A stretch of DNA of 64,000 nucleotides. It comes from Oopsacas minuta (lineage: Eukaryota; Animalia; Porifera). Below the pieces are notes generated by a model. That model made no database searches. It saw only the letters and a list, made by a program, of their open reading frames with translations, and was not told the origin of the DNA. Of this stretch, positions 38,282 through 50,811 are shown piece by piece. Positions within the stretch are counted from its first letter, which is position 1, and every line of letters starts with the position of its first letter. The position numbers and the translations under genes are program-made. The stretch covers positions 119,162-183,161 of the forward strand of contig JAKMXF010000348.1 of NCBI GenBank assembly GCA_024704765.1. Direction: 5' to 3'.

Positions 38282-38968
38282 ATGTTTTTGTTTGCCTTTT
38301 TGTTTTTGTCTGTTTGGCACTTTCCTATTCTGATATCTCAGCAATTATGCTCATTGCAAGAATCTTGTGATTTATGTTTATCAGCAGGTGCTGACTGTGT
38401 TTGGTGCGCTGACCTTACTTTGATTGATAATTCAACTACCCGTTGTATGATTCGTGATACTCAAAATTCTTGTTCTAATATTCAAGATGTTGTTGGAAAC
38501 TTCACAATTTTAGAGGATATTGAATTTTCTCAGCAAGTGCAAATCCGTCCTCAGAAAGTCAAAGTTCGACTTCGGCCGGGAGAATCAATTACTTTTAATG
38601 CAACTGTTAAACCTGCCCCTAATTTCCCACTTGACCTTTATTATTTGATGGATTTATCCTATAGCATGCGCGATGATCTTGAGAATCTCAGGAGTTTAAG
38701 TGTTGAAATTGCTTCGCGCATTTTTAACATTTCTAGCGATTCCCGGCTTGGCTTTGGAAGTTTTGTTGACAAGCCATTGGCTCCCTTTATTTCTACCACT
38801 CCTTCGAATTTAGTTGACCCTTGTGGTTCTTCTTGTGAACCTGCATATTCCTTTCATCATATTTTAAACCTTACAACGGATATAGATCTGTTTACTGACT
38901 TAATTGCTAACACTAAGATATCCGGAAACTTAGATATACCTGAAGGTAGTATGGATGCTCTTTTGCAG
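38282..38968 (+). CDS. ITGB: Integrin beta subunit, first coding exon (signal peptide, PSI, hybrid and N-terminal half of the beta-I domain); GT donor at 38969
   Basis: Hydrophobic leader; PSI cysteines (CDLC..CVWC); IRPQKVKVRLRPG; PLDLYYLMDLSYSMRDDL (MIDAS DxSxS, ADMIDAS DD); LGFGSFVDK; GNLDIPEG. Ends CAG|GTTCGT where the protein similarity stops. Confidence 0.95.
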
Positions 38969-40029
38969 GTTCGTTAGTTCATTGTTACAGATTAAGATAA
39001 CAACCTAGTATACTCGAATCTATCTAGTCATATTAAAACAGTTTTATCTTTAATGTGTATCGATATTTGAATTGTCTGGAGAATATGTTATAGCTCTCCA
39101 TACAAACTAGTATCCATATATACTTCCCATTTCCGTACCTAATTTAGCATTTCTAGTTCAAGTAGAGGTATACATCCATTGATTAGAGTAGACTCAGTAG
39201 ATTCATGTTTATTGAGGTAGATTTAATGTGATTTTAATTATCTGATTACTTTATATTGATAAACAACAATAATTTACATATGAGAAATTAAAAATGCGAG
39301 ATCATTATATTAGTGACAGTTATTAAGATTTAGAAGATGAGGATAATCATGACTATCCCAACGATAGTCAGGACAAGACCCTGAGAGACATCCCGCTTGG
39401 GCAAACATTATGAATATATATGTAAACTATGTGCTAATGCTTCAATAATAATCACACCACAGCATTTGATCCAAATACTTGCTATTATCCTAACCTTGTA
39501 GATTATATTTAACTTACTACTTACCTATTTACAATTATCGAGTGGTGTTATATTAGGTCCCCATATTGTTTCAGTTGGAAATATTTATTCATATTATAGT
39601 AACGCCATTGTAGAGAACTGGATGCGTATACTTAAATTAGATATTTTGAATTCGAAATCAAATTTGAAACATAGGGATTTCACTAGATTATTAATCATGG
39701 TATAACTCTTAGAATTTCCTCAAACAGTTTTGCTTTTCATACCACAGCTGATAATAACTTTGAAGTTCGTAGGCGAATAATGGATATTTCAGTAGAAAAG
39801 TATGGCGAAGAATGGTCGAGGGAGAAGAAACAACATTGTGTCTAATTGAAGAACCAAAAATATGAATTTCATCAATTTAATCAAATACGTCTCTAAGATG
39901 TGTAATTTTATGGCTTCGAAGGGTAATAAACCTCGTTATTGGTGCAGGAATTGGTAAAACAGTGGCATAAATTTTGTTTAACTTTTCATTACGATCGGAA
40001 ACTTTGACCGTGATCGGTTAAGAGCAAGT

Positions 40030-40460
40030 CCTACGATTATTTTGATATTTCAATCAATTTTCTCTATATTCATAAAAACAACATAAATTTACATATGAGA
40101 ATCTTCAAAATGCGCAATTCCAATTCGGCGTACTCAAATACCCATGTATAACAGTTAAAATCAATTCCTTACTTGTGTTTTGATATTTCAATTATTTTTA
40201 CTTAGATGCTTAAAAACAACAATAAATTAATTTTAAGAAATTTGAAAATGCAAAATTCGGATTCAGCGTACTCGGTTACCCCTATATGTCAATTGAGCCC
40301 ATGATAACAAGTTAAAACCTACTCTCTAGCATGCTTTTTAATTTTCTATGAAATTATTATTCACCACCTAAAATGGGTGAAAATATATCCGTTAAAACAT
40401 TATCAAATGTCAGGTGCACACCTCGATATCAGTACTAGTATTCATGCCAAATTTTGATGC
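40030..40460. repeat. Dispersed repeat with ~140-bp subunits containing AATTCGGATTCAGCGTACTC
   Basis: Same motif set as 16588-17007 and 43070-44400. Confidence 0.6.
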
Positions 40461-40499
40461 TGAATCCCCAGATGTGTCAACAGGATAGCGAACACAAGT

Positions 40500-41200
40500 A
40501 TAATACGATATAGTTTTTGCCATTCTGGATCTCGTTGGCTGGGTTTTCAGGTAGAAATCCCCATACCTCTGGAGCTTACGACTGTGAGATAACGAAGTTC
40601 GTAGAGAAATCCAAGCCCTGCACCGAACCAGGGAGCGACCTTTAACATATATTACCCAAATGCTCCTGAAGGATCCACAGATAAATGAGCTCATGTGTGC
40701 ATCGTTGTCGCAATGCCAACCACCCATGCAGCCAGGAGTTCTCTCGCCCGGAACCTGGTTAAATTAACCTACAGAGCCTACATTTCAACCCTATATATAA
40801 CCCCAAGCAGACTGCCGCTGAAGAAGTTTCAGAAGATGCACATTAGCAGTGGAACAAGCCACCTGAGCAAGATCCTTTAGAACTTGGTGAACCAGCGGTA
40901 TACACGCGACCCTATGACATCAATCCCTCAAGGGGGAAAACCTTACACAAGTGTATGTAAATATCCCAGAGCCTCATCACCAACTACGAAGAACCAAACA
41001 AACCTAACGACTCACTTGAACTGGAAGAAACTAAACCAGGTAACACATGAACCAGCTGGAGTATGTTAAAGCTTGAAATACAACCAATCAATGTGTTGGC
41101 GCCAGTCTGCTTGATTGAAGATATACCCAAAGGTACTGTATCGTACCATGGATGCATCGATGAGTACACCCAGGGTAACGCCATTTCTCGATAGGAGGAA
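40500..41200 (-). pseudogene. Possible highly decayed LINE-like RT 3' fragment
   Basis: Minus-strand LGVLID and WRQHIDWLYFKL, typical of CR1/L2-type C-terminal regions; otherwise degenerate. Confidence 0.35.
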
Positions 41201-43069
41201 TCCGAAGATCATCTCCTGAAGGGAGCTAGTAGTAACGGAGGATTACCAGTGTTCCTTACCACAGCGCTGCACTAGGGATACGAGGCCTAGTACAAGCTGC
41301 ATACTGACAGTTGACTAAATGAAATCAATATACCGCTGACAAGGCTAGAACCAGCCACCATGGAATAGATATCCATGAATATGTTCTTTATGACATCCTG
41401 GTAGCATATTGCTATCAGTTTTTATCATTCAGATAGGGTTTTCCTGAAATTGTTATTTTAATTTTTTCAATTTAGTATTTAAAATTTAGTTGTAAATTCA
41501 TTCAGGCTACAGGAATTTGATATTTTTATGGTTTATATGCGTACAATGCCATATTTTTTCAATTTTTCCTTGTATGCTTCATTTTTCCCAATTTAGCTAT
41601 TCAATGGGCCAAGTTTTATTTAGGATTTCAGAGCTGTTCGCTGGTATAAACCAGCAGAGAGCTTTGAAAATTGGGTTACGCCAACCTAAAATGAATCATT
41701 TTTCATACAAGTCATTCTATCACTTAAAATTCCTGGAATATTTTTCTGTTTATGTACGAAAGATGGTTACTTGATTGGAGGAGTATATTTGAAGATATTG
41801 TGAAATTGATATGATGTCATCCCAACAGTCCATAACCTGAACAAAATCTTCGTGCCTATATTGAATTACAATCTGTTGGTACATGTGTTTTTTCAGTTGG
41901 ATATTATACAGCATAGGTACATGACATGTATCTATCTCCTTAGAACGTTGAACTTTGCTTTTCCATGTGTTCAGACCGATATTTAATCATAGTGATATCT
42001 GACGTCAATGATATGAATGACGTCATAAATATGCTTGTCATTTTTATTTTATTTGTAATATCTACGTTTAGTCGTAACCTTAAGGGCTACCTATCTGTCT
42101 TGCTCGTATAGTGTGTAACTTGCAGCTTCAAAATACATATGCCTTCATAGGCCCTGCAAATATACGAAGATTGTGGTTTGGTTGCTATAATGTTAGGATG
42201 ACTTCACATCTATTTCACCATGTCTCCGAATATACTCCTTCAATCAAGAATCATTCTTTATGATATATTTACAAGGACCATTTCAGGCATTTAATAGATA
42301 TAAAGACTCATCTATAAAATTCTTTTTATCTTGACGTAGCCCTATTTTGTGTGTCGAGATACAGCGTCGGAATATAAATTCTGAATTTTGAATATAACCT
42401 AAGATTTGAATAAAACAAGACATAAATAAAATGGCTAGAGAATATTAATTAAGTCTATAAAGATACTTCAATGAAGTATTGGTATTGAATACATATATGT
42501 CGATATCTATATCATGCATTTTATGTGTTAGTTTGACAGGATAATTAGGAAAAAAGATGAAAAATTGATGTGACAATTCTGGGAAACCCGACCTGATCGA
42601 GAAAATCTGATAAGATTTTAGGGATCAGTATCCTCGATGACCCCTAAATAAATAAATCATGTTGAAACTGCAAGAACTTTAAATATTTTGTTGACCGGTG
42701 TTATTGAAGAACCAACTTCAAATTGCTAATAAATTGAGAATTTCACTGATCATTCTAGTCCTACTATCTCTAAATTATATCTACAAATGAATTTATTATG
42801 GACAGCAACGAACTCATTAGTTCCAATGTATGGCAACGAAAATTACATATTTACCAGCCAGATTATTGATGAAAGCAATAAAGTAAATGGAATTATTAGT
42901 GTGATTAGAATTATTCATTACGGGTATTTTAATGAAAATTTCTTAATCTTTAGCCTAGCTTGTTTGTTGCAAACATCCTCAATTAACTCCTGAATTCGAC
43001 ATAACTTGAGTTAATTAATAATATAGAAATGTAGTAGTAGTATTTATCATTTTACAAAATTATTGAATA

Positions 43070-44400
43070 AGAGCCCTTTCGCTTGCTCGCGCTGCCGGCT
43101 TGCGAACATTTTCTGTTACCATGTGACTCGGAACTTCTTGCCTCGAATTTAGCAACATATCTAATTGCAAAATTGAGTTAATAAATTAATATTTTAACAC
43201 TTTTACTTTATATTCATATAACAACAAAGAATTGACATTCGAGGAAACTTGAAAATTCCAAATTCGGATTCAACGTACTTAGTTACCTTTGAGCAGCCGC
43301 GTAGAGCTAGACTGTACCTATATTTTGCGATTTGGGTAATTTGTTTGCTCTACATTCATATAAACAACAATTATTTTGCATATGAGAAACTTGAAAATAC
43401 GAAATTCGGATTCAGCGTACGTAGTTATCCCGAGAAACAAACAGCAATTGAGATTTTACTATCTATGAGCCTTTGGCTCATCGCTTCGCGATAATTTGGC
43501 GTATTGCGCCTCGTAGTATACAACGGACAAACTAACAAACGAACAATAATTGGGATTTAATTATGTTGATGGTGTTTAGGATATTCAGGCGCTGCATACT
43601 CGATTACCCCTCCATAGTCGTTGAAAGTATGATTATACCTCAATTTTGAGTTTGTTTACTTTGTCTTCATAAAAACAACAATAAATTTATATATGATTAA
43701 TTCACAAGTGTGAAAATCGGATTCAACATATTCGATATATTTAGTGAAGTTTTATTGAATTCTATTAACTTCCTTGATAAACACAATAAATACATAGTTA
43801 TGCTACAATTTCAAAATTGTACACCGGAGATCATTTCCTTGACAATGGACAAACAAACAAATAGTCAAACTGACAGAGACTACAATTAGGATTTAATAAT
43901 ATAGATATTATTAAATCTCAATTGTTGTTTGTCTGTTTGTTTGTCTGTTGTCAAGGAAAGGATTTATGATATCCAATTTTGAAAGTCTCTTATAACTATC
44001 TATTTATCGTGTTTATCAAGGAAGTAAATTTTATTCAATAAATTTCACCATGTAAGTTGAACATTCTGAATCCGATTTTACACTTTTTGGGTAATCATAT
44101 GAAAATTTATTGTTGTTTTTATGAATATAGAGTGGACAAGTTTCAAAATTGTGGTAGAAACATGCTTTCAATGGTTATACTGAGGTAATCAAGCATGCTG
44201 AGATCAAATAGGAGATTGTAAACAACTTTTAATATATTTATTTGTTCACTTTTGGGGACATAAAGTAAGCAGATTTTAGAGATTATGGTAGTATCAGGTT
44301 TGCTATGGTTAACATTAAGAGTTTAAGACTGAGTATCATAGGTCTGAGTGTGAACACCTCGTGTTCACAACCGCTCGTTACGAACAAGCGAAGCACGCTC
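43070..44400. repeat. Cluster of three Helitron-like non-autonomous repeats, two joined head-to-head at ~43904
   Basis: ATCTATATTATTAAATC-like 5' ends, GTTT/GTCT microsatellites, GC-rich 3' hairpin-like ends (43075-43110, 44365-44400) and shared TTCGGATTCA motifs. Confidence 0.5.
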
Positions 44401-45263
44401 ATATGAATTTATTTTGCTTAATGTTCATGCTTCACCCCACTGAATTGAATCCTAAGAAAAGAGGAATACTTATTGATTGTGTGTAATTTTATATGATCAC
44501 ATATGTAAGTTTATACCTATAGTAATCGACAGTTGGATAATGTAGGATAATTATATGACTTTTTCTCAAACAAGTTTCGGTTGAAAGTTGGATTTCCAAT
44601 TTTCACAACACCATATTCTACAACTCCCTAAATAGCCTAACCAATGCAAATTACTTTATTCTCAAAAGCTATATTAAACCAATCTTTTGGTAGAATATAT
44701 TTACGTAATTATTGAACATGAAGACCCAATTCTTAGCGATACAATTATCTAGATTTATCTAGGAATAATATCGCAAATCTCTCTTACATACGTTGGTTTT
44801 TACAAATTTATTTAATTTTTATTAAGATACAGTTACTATCTATATTTTGGAGTCTTCATTTGTAGGTCCATCCTCGACTTAGTTTGGTTTCCCTTGCCAT
44901 TTTGGTATTATTCTAGATTGAAGTGTGATAGTCTCTTCAATTTTATTTTGCCTAGCCATTTGTTACCCTCTCTTATAGAGCTTTAAATATATTGTAAAAC
45001 AGACCCACCCATTTCTAGATTTAGCCTGTTCTATATATGTATATATGTGTCAGAAAATTCAACCGTACTTCTTTTCAGTTCATCAATCAGTTCAACACAG
45101 AACAGATAGGCAGACAAATTGATATCCCGTTATTTAACTGGTATCTTGTAATATTTTTTATCTTCACTTTTACTGTTATCAAAGTCTCTTTCCATCGTTT
45201 GTCCTTTTCATTGTTTCATCGCTCGTATGGCGTAATATTATGCTTCAGTGATGCGCTGTGTTG

Positions 45264-45698
45264 CAGAGCATTAAAGGAGTGCCCTCCATTTATGATTCAC
45301 GAGTGGAAGGTGGAGCGGCGCTCTATTTTGAAAGAGCGCGCTCCTATTTCATTACAAACAATTTACAAAATTCATCCTTGTTCTGCATAAAATTCAGAAT
45401 TCTTGCTATAAATAGTGGATGCTGGGACACTGTTGTATAATTCACAATTTATTGAAATGGTTTGGCGTTGCACATTTAGTAATTCCCGAATGTACAATGG
45501 TTCAATTCATTATTGAATCTCAAATTCAATCCCGATTACTTAAAATATAAATCTCATGTAATTCTGAAAGAATGAAAAGGAGAGCATTTGGGGTGGGAGC
45601 CGGAGTGCGCTCCATTCTGAGTACGGAGCTGAGGTGGGAGTGAGCTCCATTTACAGCGCAAATGCGCGCTCCAAACAATTGGAACACTTAATGCTCTG
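45264..45698. mobile_element. hAT-type MITE, 435 bp, with GAGCGCGCTCC-like subterminal motifs
   Basis: TIR CAGAGCATTAA; 8-bp TSD CTGTGTTG/CTGTGTGG. Confidence 0.8.
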
Positions 45699-46424
45699 CT
45701 GTGTGGTTAGTACTTTCCATCTATATGGGTCAAAGGTGGGGTTTTTGATACGAGGATTTTTCACATTTCCCACTCCTGGGCCATTTCAAATGTCAAATAT
45801 CCCATAGGCGTCAGAATTCCATTTGGTTAGAGTGGGTAAACACATGTAAACCCCAAGTATTTATTTAGTGAATTTTGGATAAGTTTATTGTGTTTACTAA
45901 CAATCTAATCTCTAATATACTTGCCAATAGGAAGTCTTAATGTGCAAGAAGTTTCTATATTTCTGGAATTGCGAAAGTTAATTCCTTTGCTGAATTGAAT
46001 TTCTAATAGAATTTCGAACTTGAGACAGAACTTATTACAACTAAGAATAATTATCTACACGTGTAGGTATGAATGCTCAAAGAAACCAATGTAAGTGCTC
46101 TAGTTATATTCGATTACACTTGTCATATAACCTCAATAGATAATACTTATTAAAAGTATACCACTTACATTTAGGAACCACATATCTGGGGATAAATGTA
46201 AGTAGGGTAATTAACAAGTGACAACCAATATTTATCTCAACAATGAACAAATCAGAGTGGGTAAAACAACACCCTAAAATTATTGGAGTAGGACAAATCC
46301 ACCCGAACCACCCTGTTTTGGCGCCCCTGAATTACCATTTCCTCATAAATCCTCACTTATTGCCAGGACCCGACTGGAGGGCCTAGTTACCTTTAGCAGA
46401 CCACAAATACCTGTTTCCATTCTT

Positions 46425-47053
46425 CTACAGTCCATTCTTTGCGAGATTCTGCAAATTTGAGTCGTTTTCCTTCTTTTTCTCCGTCAATCGCGGCCTTTTA
46501 GTCCTTTTGTAAGATTTCGCGCCAGTATTATCCAGAAGATAACGATGAACGGTCGAATGCGATATAAGATAGTCCCTTGAGGTCACTATGTCAGCCAATT
46601 TCCTAGTAGATTTGTATCTTTTTCCGAGAGATTTCGAAATTATAATTTTGGCGGCCTTTTGTACACTCGAATTCCTCCCAGGATGGGCGACAGTTTTTGA
46701 GATTTTCCGAGCTTTCTGCTTGCACCACCACCGTTTGATTGATCTCAAACTAACTTGGAGCTTTATAGCTACGTCTTTCTGAGTCATGCCAGTATTTAGC
46801 ATGCCAATAGCTTGATTACGGATTTCCAAACCATGATCTTTGACATTCATTTTCCGAATATATCAAGGAGCGTCAATGTGAAAACATTTTCTAAGAAATA
46901 CGATCAGCCCAAGGTAGCTAAGTATTGTTTTACATAGCATTAACATAATACTTTACGATACTGCAGAATAAATTGAATTCTAATTAAGGTTGCAATGCAA
47001 TCCGTTACTATATGAATATTGCTATTATCAGACAACATTTATGATACACCCTG
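46425..47053 (-). mobile_element. 5' part of a Tc1-like element related to the DD37E copies; catalytic domain missing
   Basis: MNVKDHGLEIRNQAIGML... is homologous to the N-terminus starting at 15258; CAGGGTG terminus at 47053. Confidence 0.8.
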
Positions 47054-47822
47054 GAGATTGGAATTGCATCTTTACGAGGTGCTAAATGATATTCGTAAGT
47101 AAACAATTAAATTCACGATAAATAATGATGAAAATCATTTTGAAAATGTGTAAAAATTCTGAAAATTTGATTGGTCAAATGATAAATCATTTAGATCTAG
47201 CTTTGAAAACATCAAAAAAGGAATCACCATACTCGATTACATCAGACTAGCCGTTCAAACGAAATTTCATGTTAATCGTACTGCTAGTTTTCTTTCGCAT
47301 AGGGGTACGGACGTCGCACATCGTCCCTCATCTGCACTAAAAATACAAATTTTAATTGCTTATTTACATTGGTTGTATTTTCAAACTTGATTTTCTTTTA
47401 GGGATGCGTTTGAGATACTTACATGAATTCTATGTTGCATATATTATACATGCCAATTTGTGATTCGTTGGGGACATGGTTTCTGGCTTAAGTATTCATT
47501 ACCTGCTTGTCAAATTAATCCCGTGAACGGGGGTTTGTTCGTTCTAGGGTGTTGTCCGCTCTCTGAGTGTGGGACTGTAATAAGTGTAATACGTATACGT
47601 GATCTATTGGAACATGTTATACCTCTAAGTTATTCTCGGGATATGAGACTTTAACATTGATATGCTAGTACAAATCGTAAAATTTTCAATTATTATTATA
47701 CATCATATTAATCACCTATGTGGAAATTTCTCATGAATATTTCGAGAACTATTTTATGCAATATTTCTATTCCAAAAATTATACTAATAGGATAGAGTCA
47801 CTAAAATGTGTTATATTTTCAA

Positions 47823-49353
47823 GGGGTACATTCCCACTGAGTGATAAGGACTGTTCTACGTGGACATTTCGGTACGTTATTAAGATTTGCCATAGAAACT
47901 CGTAATTATTTAGCGTTACTGCTAGATTCAGGATTTCTTGAGAAATATTGAAAGAAAATGATAAGCAATGATGAGAGTGAAGACTAGTATTAGGTCTCGT
48001 TTAGGTCATTTCTATGTGCGACTCCACGTGTATACTCCATGGGTAGTTTGTGAAAAGTAGCCGGAGGTCCGACTTTTAAGCCCTTCCTCATTAGCCTTGC
48101 CCTCTTGTCGTTTTGCAGGCTTCTCCAGCAATTAATTCAGCCTGTTTTACTTCACCACTCCTTGCTCTCGCTTCAATGCATTGAAACGCCAAATGTTTGA
48201 TAGTTACATCCATTGTATGTGCGATGCCAAGCCTCTACTGCTTTACTACTCCTGGGACTTCACTTTCAACTTCGTGGTGGTGATTCCACATCTCTATAGG
48301 AAAGATGGGCTCCTGCTGTGTCCCACCAGGGTGTATAAGTCCCATGTAAGTGTGTTCAAAATGTTGTACCAATCCTTGTGCAGCGGGCATTGGCAATTCC
48401 TCAAACACAACTTCGAGGGGTGAAACAAAAGCTAGAGATTGTAAATATATAATTCTCAAAGAAAATTCTTCATCTGTGTTTTAGTACACTTACAAACGTA
48501 CATTCTAATGAGCCCCAGAAATTAATATACACTGTAGTTCTGGTCCTGAGTCAAAGAGAAGAAGTATGTCTCCTTTATTTGTAAGTTTGTACTCTTCAGG
48601 TATTTCCAGATCTTCGAGACCTGCAAGTGGAAGATGCACATTACTCGTTAATTATCTCTCACTGCGTATGGTACGCTTGAAACTTTCTTACTTTGGTAGC
48701 TTAACTGAACACTATCACTAATCATCATGACCGTTTCTCCAATAATGTGATGAGTGCTGTCTTGTGTATCTCGTGCCAGTCTCTTAAGGCCAATCTTTGC
48801 TTCCAGACAATTAACTAATTGCATATCTGGTGTGTGTAGGTGTTCATTAGTTCTCTTCACTACTGTCAACCCCTTAGTGTGTAATCTTGCTGTAAACTGA
48901 CCTTTTCTTTCAAATGCCAATGAGCTGTATCACTAAAAATCTTCTGTTTGTCAAAATATATCCTCCTTCTGACAATTTGTGACCCCCCTCTGATCGACTC
49001 TATGTATTTAAATTGATGTCGAGGATTGTTTTCCATTGGCCTGTAAAATTTGATTTTGTAATCTGATCTTGAAGCAGTTATGTATCTTAAATAATTGTAT
49101 AGTTATTTATACTTCACTAATGTTTCATGTTGTTATTTGTCATTAGTGATGTATAGGGTGTTTCAAAGAAGAAGACATGTGTGAAGAGTAATGAAATCAT
49201 GTGTGTAGAATACAGAGATCATGCAATTGGGTTGCCTAATTCTCGAATGGTTTTAGATATTATTTTGTGTGATCCGAAATGTCCACGTACCGAAATGTCT
49301 ATCTACCGAATAATCCACATAACGAACAGTCCGTATCCCGCGCACCAAATACC
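47823..49353 (-). mobile_element. Internally deleted FLYWCH-MULE element
   Basis: GGHKL..GYI.DKQK..W.ERKG..ARLHT..HLH (FLYWCH); FEHTYMG..PIFPIEMWN (MULE C-terminus). Imperfect TIRs with GGACATTTCGGTACG repeats. TSD not resolved. Confidence 0.75.
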
Positions 49354-49649
49354 TTAATGCCATTTGGACACCTGTAACTTCATTAGATTCAAAATATATA
49401 CTTCTTTCAAATGCACATTTAACTTAGAACAATTTCCCAAATGTTCACAAAGCCTCTTAAAGCCAAAACTTTAGAATATGTCGAATTTCGCTTCTATCAA
49501 TTCCTCTTACCTATATTTTCCTAGGGAATAATTAATGTGGCATTATAATACTATGTTAAAATTTCATGAAGTGGATAATATGTTTAGTAACCTTTTGTTA
49601 GGGAAAAGACTATAAGGTTTCTAGACATCCCCATTCTTAGGTGCCTTAA

Positions 49650-50100
49650 ACTTTAGATCATAGCATTCTATACGCTAAAGCAGGTGTGGTCACCAAAGAT
49701 TTAGGACCAGAGATTGATTGAACACCACAGTATTAACCTATGGAAATTTTGGTACAGTTTGACCTCATTAATTGTATTATTGATATTTTGACAATATACC
49801 AAATCTATATCGGCAAAGTATGTCCTGGCCGAATTGGTGTCATTTGCTTGTCCGCTTGGCAATTATGTTATGGAAATGCTCCATTGTTAAAACTCTCTTT
49901 GACGTACTTGTTGTTTCAATTTTTACCATTTAATCTAGGAATATTCGTCTTCCTTTTTCCTAATATTTTTCATAATACATTTTCTGCGTTTCAGAGTTAT
50001 TGTAGCAACCATGCATGGCAACTTTTTGCCAACATTCATCCATAACTAGACATCCTTTAATGTTATCGCCATACAACTTGCACACTATATGTGGCCATTT
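49650..50100 (-). pseudogene. Possible Sola-like transposase relic
   Basis: Frameshifted (D)NC-SGQ and RPGHT...FGIL-like motifs in the expected order; very degenerate. Confidence 0.3.
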
Positions 50101-50811
50101 CATTACCCTGATGATACATTTTGATATTTATATTTAAATGATCGCGCAGTAATCAATATTACCATCTATTGTCATTTTCAAGATTCCATCTTGGTGATGA
50201 GAGATATCATATCAGAATGTATTTTCATGTTGTGGAAGTTGGGTGTATATCTTATTGGTGTAAGTTGATTTGGCCATAATATTGAAGGTTGTCAAGTTAA
50301 GGGTGAATATTGGTCAAAATATGCTATCTATTTGTCGTAATCGTAATCGGCTAGTTTATTGTTATATAATTGTTGGCTATTTATAGTTGCATGCTTCTCG
50401 CACTTTTTCACACTCCATTATATTATTCGAATCAATTGTAGGCTTTTGGCAATGATGAATAGGTACTAGCATTCAATTAGTTCTTTACGAGTTTATGTAC
50501 ATGTAAACTTCCGAGATACGGCATCAATGTGACGATAATTGTGTGCCGTATCTCTGAGGTTGTCCTTATACACTATTAATATTCTATTTAACATCAAATA
50601 TAAGTTATTAACTTTATGAGCAATACTAATAATTATTGAAGACCGATCAACTAAGAAATGAAGGATATTGTGGCCACCCAAGACTTTCAGACGGAAAGTT
50701 GCCGCATCCTAGAGGTGTCGCGCTTTGGGTGGTCTGGTTGTAGTTGTTTTTGCCCTGTAATGTATTTTGTTGTGTTTGGACTGTAATTCTATTCATTAAC
50801 TCACTCTATCT

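Noticed and set aside
40250-40290. TTCGGATTC motif as a tRNA T-loop or SINE B-box
   Set aside because: No cloverleaf or A-box was found; the motif recurs as a subunit of a dispersed repeat family.
45037-45390. 117-aa ORF as a host gene or integrin exon
   Set aside because: No integrin motif; it runs into the hAT MITE at 45264 and has low-complexity AT-derived composition.
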